From assembly GCA_964501135.1 (NCBI GenBank), contig CAZCRI010000002.1, positions 29,644 through 93,643 on the forward strand: a stretch of 64,000 nt of DNA, in the 5' to 3' direction. A program made the position numbers and the translations under genes. This document shows positions 47,571-57,786 of this stretch, piece after piece (position 1 is the stretch's first letter; each line of letters starts with the position of its first letter). The notes below the pieces were generated by a model, which did no database searches, was not told the DNA's origin, and saw nothing but the letters and a program-made list of their open reading frames with translations. This stretch comes from an uncultured Candidatus Saccharibacteria bacterium. Its GTDB lineage: Bacteria > Patescibacteriota > CPR2 > UBA1875 > CAIMLA01.

Positions 47571-48164
47571 TTATTTACCTAGTTCGTAACGAACGAAACG
47601 ACGCACAACCAGCTTCTCACCGATTGCTGCGGTCTTTTCATTGATAATGTCCTCGATTGTAACGTCTGGGTTTTTTACAAACGCCTGTTTCATCAAACAA
47701 ACCTGTGAGTAATATTTGGCAATTTTGCCTTCTAGGATTTTCTCAATAACGTCGGCTGGTTTGCCAGCCTCTACAAGTTTGGCTCGCTCAATCTCTTTTT
47801 CCTTTTCGACGATTTCTGCAGGGACATCTTCTGGGGCAACATATTCAGGGGCTGCCGCTGCGACGTGCATTACGATGTCAGCTGCCAGTGCCTTGAAATC
47901 TTCATTACGAGCCACAAAGTCAGTCTCTGAATTGAGCTCTAAAAGGGCTCCGATACGACCATTGTGAATGTAGCTTACTACGATTCCTTCTTTAGCATCA
48001 CGATCTGATCGTTTAGCGGCAGTAGCTGCACCTTTTTTGCGTAAAATTTCGATTGCTTTGTCAAAATCACAATTTGCTTCATCTAGAGCTTTTTTGCAAT
48101 CCATCATTCCTGCGCCAGTAGTCTCGCGCAGCTTAGCGATATCTTCCATGTTTGTTGTAGCCAT
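47571..48164 (-). CDS. tsf: elongation factor Ts (short form)
   Basis: UBA-like N-terminus (TGAGMMDCKKAL), 197 aa. Confidence 0.85.
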   Translation of the reverse strand: MATTNMEDIAKLRETTGAGMMDCKKALDEANCDFDKAIEILRKKGAATAAKRSDRDAKEGIVVSYIHNGRIGALLELNSETDFVARNEDFKALAADIVMHVAAAAPEYVAPEDVPAEIVEKEKEIERAKLVEAGKPADVIEKILEGKIAKYYSQVCLMKQAFVKNPDVTIEDIINEKTAAIGEKLVVRRFVRYELGK

Positions 48165-48190
48165 ATAGTTCCTCCTGTGGATTTAGTAAA

Positions 48191-48895
48191 TTATTCGCCC
48201 GAAACGTCTGCTTCTTTTGGAGCAACAGGGCGATTCTCATTGATTACACTAGCAATTTCGTCTAGTAGCAGCTTGATTGCCTTCACTGCGTCGTCATTAC
48301 CAGGGATAACATAATCGATGATATCTGGGTTAGCGTTAGTATCAGTAATCGCGATCACTGGGATCCCTAGTTTCCTGGCTTCGGTAACCGCATTAGACTC
48401 TTTGACTGCGTCTACTACAAAGATGGCTTCTGGGACCTTCTTCATGTCCTTAATTCCACCTAGTACAATAGCTAGTTTCTCAGCTTGTTTTTTGGCAACG
48501 GTTAGCTGTTTCTTGGTAGCAAAATCATTGTTGGCAATCTTTTCCTCTAGTTTCTTGAGGTTTCGTACCTGTCCCAAGATTGTACCGAAGTTAGTAAGCA
48601 TGCCGCCCAACCATCTCTCGCAGACATAAGGCATAGAACAGCTCTCTGCAGCCTCTTTTACTAGGACCTGGGCTTGTTTCTTGGTACCAACAAAAAGTAC
48701 GCTGCCGCCATTTGAAGCAACGTTACGTACAAATTTATCAGCTTCGAGGAGCTTATCCTCGGTCTTGGCGAGATCAAAGATATGAACTCCGCCGCGTTCG
48801 GTAAAAATAAAAGGGGCCATCTTTGGATTCCAGCGTGATTTCTGGTGTCCAAAATGTACTCCTGCTTCTAGCATATCCTTCATGCTAACACTCAT
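48191..48895 (-). CDS. rpsB: 30S ribosomal protein S2
   Basis: 234 aa S2 family; AAGGAG SD. Confidence 0.9.
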   Translation of the reverse strand: MSVSMKDMLEAGVHFGHQKSRWNPKMAPFIFTERGGVHIFDLAKTEDKLLEADKFVRNVASNGGSVLFVGTKKQAQVLVKEAAESCSMPYVCERWLGGMLTNFGTILGQVRNLKKLEEKIANNDFATKKQLTVAKKQAEKLAIVLGGIKDMKKVPEAIFVVDAVKESNAVTEARKLGIPVIAITDTNANPDIIDYVIPGNDDAVKAIKLLLDEIASVINENRPVAPKEADVSGE

Positions 48896-49072
48896 GTTTT
48901 CTCCTTTTCTTCCAAGCTAGGGCCTGCCTGCTCGGACCGCCGCAACCTTCATCTGCCACTAAGCCCAACTTACGGGAGGATAGTCGCATCTGGTCGCGTG
49001 TGAATTAATATTTACAAGCCATATCTTATCAAATTTGAGCAGCATTGTCAATCAGAGACAACAGTAAAACAC

Positions 49073-49101
49073 TTGAAAGAACTCACGATATTTGATACAA
49101 T
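49073..49101 (+). promoter_or_regulatory. sigma70-like promoter for rpmE
   Basis: TTGAAA (49073-49078), 17 nt, TACAAT (49096-49101); GGAG SD before ATG 49129. Confidence 0.55.
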
Positions 49102-49128
49102 ATTAGCTGCGTTAGTTACGGAGTAAAT

Positions 49129-49461
49129 ATGAAAACAGAAATCCATCCAAAGTACGACAAAACGGTAGTTACCTGCACTTGCGGTAACACTTTTGAGACA
49201 AAATCAACAGCCGGAGACATCAATGTCGAAATCTGTTCTGCTTGTCACCCTTTTTATACTGGTAAGCAGAAACTTGTCGACACCGCTGGTCGTGTTGATC
49301 GCTTCAAGATGCGTTTAGAAGCTTCTGCCGCTAAACAAGCGGTTAAGGTTGAAAAGAAGAAAACCGTTAAAGAATCAGCTGCTCCAGTAACTCTTTCCGA
49401 GATCAAGGCTGAGCTCAAAGACGAACTCGTAGAGTCTACTCCCGAAACTACTGAAGCTTAA
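49129..49461 (+). CDS. rpmE: 50S ribosomal protein L31 (zinc-ribbon C+ form) with C-terminal extension
   Basis: CTCG...[10 protein letters not shown] zinc motif; 110 aa. Confidence 0.85.
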   Translation: MKTEIHPKYDKTVVTCTCGNTFETKSTAGDINVEICSACHPFYTGKQKLVDTAGRVDRFKMRLEASAAKQAVKVEKKKTVKESAAPVTLSEIKAELKDELVESTPETTEA

Positions 49462-49525
49462 CGAATATTTATTATAGCGCTATAAGATATCTCTCTTTAG
49501 CGCTATAATTGTATCTGGAGTCCTG

Positions 49526-50593
49526 ATGCAAGAAAAACTAGAAAAACTAAAGGCACAATTTGACGAAATCGAGGCAAAACTAAGTAACCCCGAGATTATT
49601 GCTGACCAAAAACAGCTCATGACTCTCAGCCGAGAACGGGTGGCACTATTGCCGATTATTGATCTCTACGAAAAATACTCAAAAGCTGAACAGGAGCTCA
49701 GTGATTCTGAGCAAATCCTCAAAACCGAGCAAGACCCAGAGATGGCTGCGATGATCGAGGAAGAAGTAAAATCACTCCGCCTTCAGCTAGAAGCCCTGAC
49801 AAAAGAGATTGAAATCGAACTTCTGCCAAAAGACGAAAACGACGACAAGAATGTAATTGTTGAAATCCGCGCAGGAGCCGGTGGCGATGAATCTGCACTT
49901 TTTGCCGCTGAGCTCTTCAAGATGTACAGCCGCTATGCAGAAACTCATAAATTCAAGGTCGAGATTATCGATGCCCACGAAAACGAGATTGGCGGCTATA
50001 AAGAAATCATCTTCTCTTTAGCCGGACAAAATGTCTACAAACACTTGAAATTTGAAAGTGGTGTCCACCGGGTACAGCGAGTTCCAGAAACCGAATCCGG
50101 TGGCAGAATCCATACCTCTACAGTAACGGTAGCCGTTCTACCTGAAGCCGAAGAAGTCGATGTTGAAATCAATCCTGCCGAAATTAGAGTGGATGTCTTT
50201 CGTTCCTCTGGTCCTGGAGGCCAGAGTGTAAACACCACTGATTCAGCGATTCGTATTACTCACCTACCTACTGGACTTGTCGTTTCTTGTCAGGACGAAA
50301 AATCACAGATCAAAAATCGCGAAAAAGCGATGAAGGTCCTCCGTTCTAGGCTCCTTGCTCAGAAGCAAGAAGAAGAGGCAAAAAAACGCGGTGACGCTAG
50401 AAATAGTCAAATCGGCACCGGTGACCGCTCCGAAAAAATTCGCACCTATAACTTTCCTCAAGATCGAGTCACGGACCACCGAATTGGTTTTAGTGTAAAT
50501 AATCTACCAGACTTTCTTGCTGGTAACATAGATAAAATGCTCGAGCAACTAACTGAAGCCGACCGAGAAAAAGCTCTCAAGAATATCTCTTAA
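49526..50593 (+). CDS. prfA: peptide chain release factor 1
   Basis: GGQ motif (SGPGGQSVN), PxT-type tripeptide (PET), 355 aa. Confidence 0.9.
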   Translation: MQEKLEKLKAQFDEIEAKLSNPEIIADQKQLMTLSRERVALLPIIDLYEKYSKAEQELSDSEQILKTEQDPEMAAMIEEEVKSLRLQLEALTKEIEIELLPKDENDDKNVIVEIRAGAGGDESALFAAELFKMYSRYAETHKFKVEIIDAHENEIGGYKEIIFSLAGQNVYKHLKFESGVHRVQRVPETESGGRIHTSTVTVAVLPEAEEVDVEINPAEIRVDVFRSSGPGGQSVNTTDSAIRITHLPTGLVVSCQDEKSQIKNREKAMKVLRSRLLAQKQEEEAKKRGDARNSQIGTGDRSEKIRTYNFPQDRVTDHRIGFSVNNLPDFLAGNIDKMLEQLTEADREKALKNIS

Positions 50594-50614
50594 CTTTCTT
50601 ACAAAGTTAAGACT

Positions 50615-51790
50615 TTACTGGCTTTCAGAGAGCTGTACAGTCGCTGATTTTGTCTTGCCGTCCCGAAGCCAGGTAATCTTCACATTCTCTGAAGGTGAGT
50701 GTTTCGAGAGCAGTGAAATGAGGCTGTTTTGTGCCGTAATCTTATCATCTCCAAGCATTGTAATAATGTCCCCAGCTTGTAGTCCAGCCTTAGCTGCTGG
50801 ACTACCAAGAACGACCGCTGGCGATGCAGCGTTATTTGAATAAATATACGCCCCCTCGGAAACAGGGAGATTGTTCTGGGTGGCGGTGTCCTTTGTTAAT
50901 GAGACGTATCGGACGCCGAGCATAGCGCGGACAATCTTCCCTTTGGCGAGGTAGGAGTCAAGGGCCGTTCGAATCAGCTCTACCGGTAGTGCAAAACCAA
51001 TTCCCTGACCCTGAGAATCAACTGCCGTATTCATCCCAATTACCTGCCCTCCAATGTTTAGGAGCGGTCCGCCTGAATTACCCGAATTAATAGCTGCGTC
51101 AGTCTGGATAACGTTGTCTAGTGACTCTGTAGATGTGCCGGAAGAGTCGCTAGCTTCTATCACTCGTCCCATACCAGAGATTACACCCACGGTGACACTA
51201 TTTTGATACTGTCCTAGGGCGTTTCCAATTGCAATTGCCGTCTGTCCTGCCTGTAGACCCTCGGTGCTTCCTAGCTCAACTGTCGGAAGATTTGTGGCCT
51301 CAATCTTTAGAATAGCAATGTCAAAAAGTGGATCCAGTGATTTGACGGTGGCGGGATAACTCCTGCCATCATTGGTAATGACACTATACTTGGTCGCAGC
51401 ATTACCAGCTACATGCTTATTAGTAACGATAATTCCGTCTTTACTCACAATGTAACCCGTACCGGCAATCTCAGAATTGCTTGCCTGACCAAAAAAATTC
51501 ACGCTCTGAGTAACACCAGTAATACTAACCACGGCCGGCATTGATTTTTCTGCGGTCGTAACAATTGTCGAACTTTCTTTGATATTTATCGTCGCAGTAG
51601 AAATCTTTGAGCTTAACGGTTTACCACTAAGAAATGTGCCGTAGAGATAGCTGCCTCCCATTCCTCCCAATACAGAAAGGGCTATGAAAGCCGGGATTAA
51701 TGACCATCGTCTAGCCCCTTGAGTCAAAACAGGTGAGCCTTTTTTGAAACCCAAGTTCGCTGTGCCTTGCGGCAAATTCTGATCACTCAT
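50615..51790 (-). CDS. HtrA/DegP-family serine protease with PDZ domain
   Basis: GNSGGPL catalytic Ser motif, C-terminal PDZ; start moved to MSDQNL (GGAGGGAAA SD), which removes the overlap with the upstream gene. Confidence 0.8.
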   Translation of the reverse strand: MSDQNLPQGTANLGFKKGSPVLTQGARRWSLIPAFIALSVLGGMGGSYLYGTFLSGKPLSSKISTATINIKESSTIVTTAEKSMPAVVSITGVTQSVNFFGQASNSEIAGTGYIVSKDGIIVTNKHVAGNAATKYSVITNDGRSYPATVKSLDPLFDIAILKIEATNLPTVELGSTEGLQAGQTAIAIGNALGQYQNSVTVGVISGMGRVIEASDSSGTSTESLDNVIQTDAAINSGNSGGPLLNIGGQVIGMNTAVDSQGQGIGFALPVELIRTALDSYLAKGKIVRAMLGVRYVSLTKDTATQNNLPVSEGAYIYSNNAASPAVVLGSPAAKAGLQAGDIITMLGDDKITAQNSLISLLSKHSPSENVKITWLRDGKTKSATVQLSESQ

Positions 51791-51806
51791 TTTCCCTCCA
51801 AAATTT

Positions 51807-52643
51807 TTAGCTAATAGGTAACCACTTTGCTGTAATAAACAAAATGACAAAAAACATTATAGTAAATAGTAAATATTCCGTCAAAACCTTGCGGGTCAAG
51901 TTATGGTCTAGCTTGTGCGAGATCATGCCCCATAAAAAGTAGTAAGTAAGAGTAATAATGATTGCAGCGATTGGTGTGCCGCCTAGGGTTGCCTTTTCTG
52001 TGGTTCCAATCACAGGGTAGTTAATCGACCAGATTGAACCAACCCAAGCCATTTGTGAACACAAGAAGGCAGAAACTACACCATAAGCACGATCCTTCTC
52101 TTCAAGGGCACCTTTTTCCCAGGTAAGAAAGTAGGTAACAAAGTAGATTAAGGCAAAAACTGCCACCACAAGTCCGGCACGAACATATCCAATATTGTTA
52201 CGTTCTGAAACCGACATTAAGAGGCGGAAAAGCATGGAAGTAGAGAGAAATACCGTAAAGAAGGTGATTACTACCAAAACGTTGCGATACAGTAGCGCCG
52301 CTCGGTCAGCTAGGTTGCGCACTTTTCGTAGTGAAATAAAGAGATAGTAGTTGGCCAGTATTGCGAGAAGAGTTAGAATCAGGCGCCCAATCCCAATGTA
52401 TACAAAAGAGATATACGAGAGTGCTGATACGTTGAAAAGTAAGGGCATGAGCAAAAACTTTAGGTTTGTGACCACAGACTCACGGTTAAACTGCATGTCA
52501 AAGACATATTTCGCACAAACAGCGACCATTACCAGTGCTGCAGCGATTGAAAACACTATAAGCTCGGGTCGCACAAAATTAAAAATGTAGACCACGGAGA
52601 TAACCGAAACGGCTATAATGCTATTTTTTGTAATCTGTTTCAT
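51807..52643 (-). CDS. hypothetical polytopic membrane protein (278 aa)
   Basis: ~8 hydrophobic segments; no motif recognised. Confidence 0.5.
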   Translation of the reverse strand: MKQITKNSIIAVSVISVVYIFNFVRPELIVFSIAAALVMVAVCAKYVFDMQFNRESVVTNLKFLLMPLLFNVSALSYISFVYIGIGRLILTLLAILANYYLFISLRKVRNLADRAALLYRNVLVVITFFTVFLSTSMLFRLLMSVSERNNIGYVRAGLVVAVFALIYFVTYFLTWEKGALEEKDRAYGVVSAFLCSQMAWVGSIWSINYPVIGTTEKATLGGTPIAAIIITLTYYFLWGMISHKLDHNLTRKVLTEYLLFTIMFFVILFITAKWLPIS

Positions 52644-52649
52644 CTTGTC

Positions 52650-54086
52650 CTACGACTTTGTGTAATTTGCGCCGATTATAACTTCGAGGTCAGCGCCACT
52701 AGTTGTCGTACCGGTACCCTTAATCGTTTTGGCTGAAAAGAGCTTCTCCAGTGCAGCAATCGTCGATTTTTTCGCCCCGCCACTATAGTCAACGATTGTC
52801 GTCTGTGAATATGTAGCGGCATCAGCAGTACTAATATCGACTACATTATACCCCGAGGCTGTCAGGCTTGTAGCTGCTTTGTTTGCCAACCCAGAAGTAG
52901 TAGTACCATTTTGCACCGAAAGTTTAGCGTTTTCTGTCTGCACGGAGTTGTCTTCAAAGATATTCTTTACGACCGCTTGCATTTTGGTGTAATTATAGAT
53001 TCCAGCCCGAGGAATTAGGATATAACCAGCAGCGCCACTGTCATCGATTAACAACCCATCTACCGAGTTATCGAAGACTTTATTCTTTATTTTTGCGGTA
53101 TCGACGCCCTTAAAAATCTCAATCCCGCGAGGTATCTCCCCTACTGAAAAATCAGTTTTTAGATGCTTACCAAGAGTGGAAGCTATGTCTGAGATCTTCT
53201 GAGGGTTCAGATAGGTATCCACCGACATCACCTTCGTCTTTATAGCTGTGAGAACTATCTGTTGTCTCCTGGCGCGATCGAAGTCACTAGTGGTTTCCCT
53301 AGAACGTGCGTAGCGCAGAGCGGTGTCACCACTCATGTGCTGCTGACCCTTTTTGATGTATAATGCATCGTTTCCCAACCCATCGTCTGACGGATACAGA
53401 GGATCGTAAAGGTCTTCAGTAACATTAACATCAATGCCACCCACGGCATTTACAATCTCTTTAAGGCCCGTAAAATCGACACGAGCAAAATAATGGATAG
53501 GAATCCCCAAGACTTCACTGATTGTCTTTTCGGCTAAAGCTGGCCCACCACCACTATATTTATAGTACTCACCATAAGCATGGGCTGCGTTAATCTTTGC
53601 ACTGCCATAACTATCGATTTTGACGTAAAGGTCGCGAGGAACGGAAATCATTGCGGCTTGCTTTGTTTTGACGTCATAACTTATAACCATAATCGTATCG
53701 GAGAGATTTTCGCCGCTATGACCCGCATCCCCAACTCCAAGTAAGAGAATGTTTATCCGACCAGAGCTCTCTCCTTTTAGTTGTTGGCCGCTAAAAAGAC
53801 TGAGTACATTTGAGCCACCACCAAACATTGAAGCCAAGCGGCTATACATATTCCAACCAAAAACCCCTAAACCGCCTAAAACCAAAACCAGTACCCCGAG
53901 TACAATATATAGCTTTAGATGCTTTATCTTCTTCTTGCCTCTTTTATTGAACCTAACCGGAGTTCGGTCTTTTGAGCCCTTCTTGAGGGACGATTCTTGG
54001 TCAGAGATGCTGTTCACACTCTTTTCAATCTCATCTATAGTAAGTTTCTTTTTCTCTGGTTTTTTCATCCATACCATTATAGACAA
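52650..54086 (-). CDS. LytR-CpsA-Psr (LCP) family cell-envelope phosphotransferase
   Basis: N-terminal TM then LCP domain (NILLLGVD...SDTIMV...SVPRD), C-terminal LytR_C-like region. Confidence 0.75.
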   Translation of the reverse strand: MSIMVWMKKPEKKKLTIDEIEKSVNSISDQESSLKKGSKDRTPVRFNKRGKKKIKHLKLYIVLGVLVLVLGGLGVFGWNMYSRLASMFGGGSNVLSLFSGQQLKGESSGRINILLLGVGDAGHSGENLSDTIMVISYDVKTKQAAMISVPRDLYVKIDSYGSAKINAAHAYGEYYKYSGGGPALAEKTISEVLGIPIHYFARVDFTGLKEIVNAVGGIDVNVTEDLYDPLYPSDDGLGNDALYIKKGQQHMSGDTALRYARSRETTSDFDRARRQQIVLTAIKTKVMSVDTYLNPQKISDIASTLGKHLKTDFSVGEIPRGIEIFKGVDTAKIKNKVFDNSVDGLLIDDSGAAGYILIPRAGIYNYTKMQAVVKNIFEDNSVQTENAKLSVQNGTTTSGLANKAATSLTASGYNVVDISTADAATYSQTTIVDYSGGAKKSTIAALEKLFSAKTIKGTGTTTSGADLEVIIGANYTKS

Positions 54087-54151
54087 TATATCCTAGACAG
54101 CCAATACTTTTTATCCGATAATTGTACAAGTAATAGAGTAAATGTGAGGGA

Positions 54152-55048
54152 GTGCCAGTGTTAGGTTTAATAATTATTGTTTATGCAATATATGTTCTCG
54201 CCGTTGGGAAGATGATTTGGTCGAAAAAAGTCCAGCTCTTTGGCTCGGAAGCAAGGGGAATGGCTATGTATTTTCTAGCGCTAGCTTTCTTTCTCATGTT
54301 AATTGCACCCCAAGCCTTTCCAAATTCATCCTCTAATCTGTTTATACAGGTACCGCTCACGCTAGGTATGGTTTTTGTCTTCCCGTATCTTTATGTAGTA
54401 ATTCGGGATATCTTCAGTAAGTCAGAGAAGAAGGCTGCGATTGAATCCGAAGCATATATGGGTTGGGAAATCTTTAAAACTATCGCGGGGGTTGCGCTCT
54501 TTGTTGTATTCTTCCGCTACTTTGTAATTCAACCATTCTATATTATCGGCAACAGTATGAATCCCGACTTTCTCCAGGGAGAATACCTTTTTATAGACGA
54601 GGCTAGCTATTATTTGCGAGCACCAGCCCGCGGTGAAGTAGTAGTCTTCAAGCACCCCGAGACCGGTTGCACTGAATTTGTTGAACAGAATAAGCTTTGG
54701 AGCCATATTGCTCAAGGTCCTTGCACTAGCTATATCAAAAGAGTAATCGGGTTACCAGGTGAAACTGTGATTCTAAAGAGCGGCAAATTCACCGTCAAAA
54801 ACACTCAAAATCCTTCAGGGATTACACTCAACGAAAATTACATTGAACCAGGAGTTACCACCCTCGGAGATCAAACTGTTACCCTGGCAAAAGATGAATA
54901 CTTTGTAGTCGGAGACAACCGCAAGCCAAATCAGAGCTACGACTCCAGGCAATGGGGACCTCTAAAGAGGGATTACATCACCGGCAAGGCATGGCTTCGT
55001 TTATTACCGGTAGATAAGCTAGGCTTTATCTCAAAGGCTAAATACTAA
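54152..55048 (+). CDS. lepB: signal peptidase I with long multi-TM N-terminal extension
   Basis: S26 boxes GNSMNP (Ser), YIKRVIGLPGE (Lys), VVGDNR; ~120 aa extra N-terminal hydrophobic region. Confidence 0.8.
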   Translation: MPVLGLIIIVYAIYVLAVGKMIWSKKVQLFGSEARGMAMYFLALAFFLMLIAPQAFPNSSSNLFIQVPLTLGMVFVFPYLYVVIRDIFSKSEKKAAIESEAYMGWEIFKTIAGVALFVVFFRYFVIQPFYIIGNSMNPDFLQGEYLFIDEASYYLRAPARGEVVVFKHPETGCTEFVEQNKLWSHIAQGPCTSYIKRVIGLPGETVILKSGKFTVKNTQNPSGITLNENYIEPGVTTLGDQTVTLAKDEYFVVGDNRKPNQSYDSRQWGPLKRDYITGKAWLRLLPVDKLGFISKAKY

Positions 55049-55091
55049 TTACATAAAAGCCGCTCATTGGAGCGGCTTTTAAAATACAAAT

Positions 55092-55952
55092 TTATTTTGA
55101 GGTAAGAGTTCGATATATTCTGTCCAAGTCTTCCGGACTATAGAATTCGATAGTGATCTTACCGCCACTACCACTGGTCTTAATCCCAACCTTGGTCCCC
55201 ATGACTTCGGAAAGGCGTTTTTCGGCCGCCCGAACATTTGGATCCTTGCGGGTCTTGGTCTCACTTTTTACCTTAACGTGATGTTCTGCCTGCCTAACAT
55301 TCAGTCCATCACTAATAATCCGGTGATAAAAAGCTATCTGGTCCTCACGATTCTCAATCGCCATAATACTTCTAGCATGGCCTTCGGTGATCTTACCATC
55401 CATTAAGCCTTGCTTGATCTCTGCTGGTAAGGTAAGCAAACGAAGTGCGTTAGCAACAGTGGATCTAGCCTTGCCAACTTTCTTCGCAGCATCGTCTTGT
55501 GTTAGGTTGAACTCCTCCATCAAGCGCTTATAAGAAAGGGCAGCCTCAATCGGACTTAGATTCTCGCGCTGAATATTCTCGATAATTGCAATTTCGAGCT
55601 TTCGTTGCTCATCAAAGGTGCGTTCAATCGCCGGTACCTTAGTAAGTCCAGCTAGCTTGGCAGCACGAAGTCTTCGCTCCCCTGCTACGAGCTGATAGCG
55701 GCCGTTATTTGCCTTTGTAACTAATAGGGGCTGTATAATGCCGTATTCACGTATCGAAGCCGCCAACTCGGCTAGAGGTGCCTCGTCAAAACTAGTTCTG
55801 GGCTGATGCGGATTTGGGTCCACAAGAGTAATATCAATCTCAATGTCACCGGCCTTTGCCTGCGAACTGTCATCGTCAACCGGGATTAAAGAATCCAAAC
55901 CACGGCCCAGGCCAAAACTACCCTTTTTCTTCTTGTCCTCTACTGGCTGCAT
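55092..55952 (-). CDS. parB: chromosome partitioning protein ParB
   Basis: GERRLRAA ParB box, HTH, 286 aa. Confidence 0.85.
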   Translation of the reverse strand: MQPVEDKKKKGSFGLGRGLDSLIPVDDDSSQAKAGDIEIDITLVDPNPHQPRTSFDEAPLAELAASIREYGIIQPLLVTKANNGRYQLVAGERRLRAAKLAGLTKVPAIERTFDEQRKLEIAIIENIQRENLSPIEAALSYKRLMEEFNLTQDDAAKKVGKARSTVANALRLLTLPAEIKQGLMDGKITEGHARSIMAIENREDQIAFYHRIISDGLNVRQAEHHVKVKSETKTRKDPNVRAAEKRLSEVMGTKVGIKTSGSGGKITIEFYSPEDLDRIYRTLTSK

Positions 55953-56707
55953 TTAATGTGTACCTCCTTGGCCAGCTGCTTATAGGCAGTTGCCCCCTTA
56001 CCAAATTTGTCATAATGCATAATCGTTTTTCCGTATGAAGGTGCCTCCGCTAGGCGAATATTTCTTGGAATTATAGTATCGAAAACTTTGTTTGGAAAAT
56101 GTTTCTTAACCTCTGACTCAACCTGCCGAGATAGTAAAGTATTCTTGTTATACATTGTCAAAAGAACTCCAAGCAACGCTAATTTTGGGTTCAGGTTCAT
56201 GCGTACCCGTTGAACCGTATGTAAAAGCTGAGAAAGCCCCTCAAGAGCATAGAACTCTGTCTGCACGGGTATTAGTATGCTGTCTGCACTTACGAGTCCA
56301 TTAACAGTCAAGATACCCAGCGACGGAGGTGAGTCTATCACAATATAATCATATTCATGTTTTATCTTCTCGATGGCTTGCTTCAAACGATGCTCACGCG
56401 CTATTTGGCTCGCAAGTTCCACTTCGGCTGCTGCAAGAACTACTGAGGCTGGGGCTACATCGAGTCCTTTAACGTTTGTCGCCACACGAATGTCGCAAAT
56501 TGGAGTCTCCCGGACTAGTACGTCATAGAGGCTACCCTTGACGGTATTTTTATCAACCCCGAGACCACTTGTCGCATTGCCCTGTGGGTCTAGGTCGATC
56601 AAAAGAACCCGGCTGCCGTTCTTCGCTAGGTATCCGGCCAGGTTTACTGTGGTGGTTGTCTTACCAACTCCACCCTTCTGATTTGTAACTACAATTACAT
56701 TTGCCAC
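55940..56707 (-). CDS. parA: chromosome partitioning ATPase ParA
   Basis: Deviant Walker A KGGVGKTTT, 255 aa. Confidence 0.9.
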   Translation of the reverse strand: MANVIVVTNQKGGVGKTTTTVNLAGYLAKNGSRVLLIDLDPQGNATSGLGVDKNTVKGSLYDVLVRETPICDIRVATNVKGLDVAPASVVLAAAEVELASQIAREHRLKQAIEKIKHEYDYIVIDSPPSLGILTVNGLVSADSILIPVQTEFYALEGLSQLLHTVQRVRMNLNPKLALLGVLLTMYNKNTLLSRQVESEVKKHFPNKVFDTIIPRNIRLAEAPSYGKTIMHYDKFGKGATAYKQLAKEVHIKCSQ

Positions 56708-56790
56708 GAAACAATCTTATCAAAAATGAGGCGGATTTGATAGTAAAAGATTAAAAAAAGAGGCTACCTAGGTAGCCTCTAGTATAGTAA

Positions 56791-57249
56791 TTATGTTGTA
56801 AACAACTGAAAGAATGCTTCGCTAGCTCCTGAAAAGTGCCATTTCAGATAAACTACGGCTGTGCAAGCAACACCTGCTGATATAATTACCATTAGGAAAA
56901 TAAGAAAAACAGTAACCGTCCACTTCATTGCCTTGTCGATATCAAAATCCTTAAGGTCAGCAAATAATTTTTTCTCGAAATCTTTGACCCGAACCGTATG
57001 TTCCTTGACATACTTTTCCCCTCGAACTCCCTCAACATAAACTTTATGCCAGGCTATACGGCCACAAATAAGACCTACAAGAATGCCAGCAAGGAGTAAG
57101 ACCAAGAAATACAGAGCCACAACCCAGTCACCCTGAATATTGTTGTAGATCATTACTAGGCTGATAAGCCCTACGAGTACGGTAGCTGTAAGTGCCCCGG
57201 TTGCTATCCACAGCATACGGTACACAAATTTCTTTGTTTTATGATTCAT
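56791..57249 (-). CDS. hypothetical membrane protein (152 aa)
   Basis: Hydrophobic N- and C-terminal segments. Confidence 0.45.
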   Translation of the reverse strand: MNHKTKKFVYRMLWIATGALTATVLVGLISLVMIYNNIQGDWVVALYFLVLLLAGILVGLICGRIAWHKVYVEGVRGEKYVKEHTVRVKDFEKKLFADLKDFDIDKAMKWTVTVFLIFLMVIISAGVACTAVVYLKWHFSGASEAFFQLFTT

Positions 57250-57316
57250 ATTCCCTCCTATTTCCTAATCATTATGAAATTATCCAAAGGATAATGCAAC
57301 AGTTTTTTGGCAGTCC

Positions 57317-57550
57317 CTACTTTAAAACATCGCAACTTTTGCTACCACATTTTCCCTTTTTGATGTAGGCCCGACAGTATAATGATCCGGCCTTTCCTTC
57401 CTGTAATGCCCTCTTGCAGACCTCTTTCTGGTCCTCTGCAATTGGTTTAGAGCTAGCATTTATAAGCAGTGATGCTATCACCTGGTACAGAGCATAAAAG
57501 AAAAGTAGCATCACCAGGACAAAACCGGCAAAAATGTAAAGTAAGTTCAT
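57317..57550 (-). CDS. small membrane protein with Cys-rich C-terminal tail (77 aa)
   Basis: N-terminal TM helix, C-terminal C..C...C...C tail. Confidence 0.4.
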   Translation of the reverse strand: MNLLYIFAGFVLVMLLFFYALYQVIASLLINASSKPIAEDQKEVCKRALQEGKAGSLYCRAYIKKGKCGSKSCDVLK

Positions 57551-57567
57551 CTCTCCTCCTTGGTTGA

Positions 57568-57732
57568 TTATTTACAAGGCTCTGTAGGAATCGGCGAAAC
57601 CGGACTACCATGTCTAGTCCATTGACCAGAATCGCAAATCCAATCGTCCTCTGGTGTTAATAAACGAATTGAAACTAGAACCACAACCGCCACGATTAGT
57701 ATCATAAGAATTGCTATCGCTAATTTCTTCAT
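57568..57732 (-). CDS. unlisted small membrane peptide (54 aa)
   Basis: My translation: MKKLAIAILMILIVAVVVLVSIRLLTPEDDWICDSGQWTRHGSPVSPIPTEPCK; TATAAT box directly upstream of ATG, right after the rplU terminator; below the track's 60-aa cutoff. Confidence 0.35.
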   Translation of the reverse strand: MKKLAIAILMILIVAVVVLVSIRLLTPEDDWICDSGQWTRHGSPVSPIPTEPCK

Positions 57733-57745
57733 AACAATATTATAC

Positions 57746-57772
57746 ACCCAAAAAAGAGCCCCTCAGGGCTCT
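57746..57772 (-). terminator. intrinsic terminator downstream of rplU
   Basis: GAGCCCC/GGGGCTC stem followed on minus strand by TTTTTTGGG. Confidence 0.65.
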
Positions 57773-57786
57773 TTCGAATAATCATA

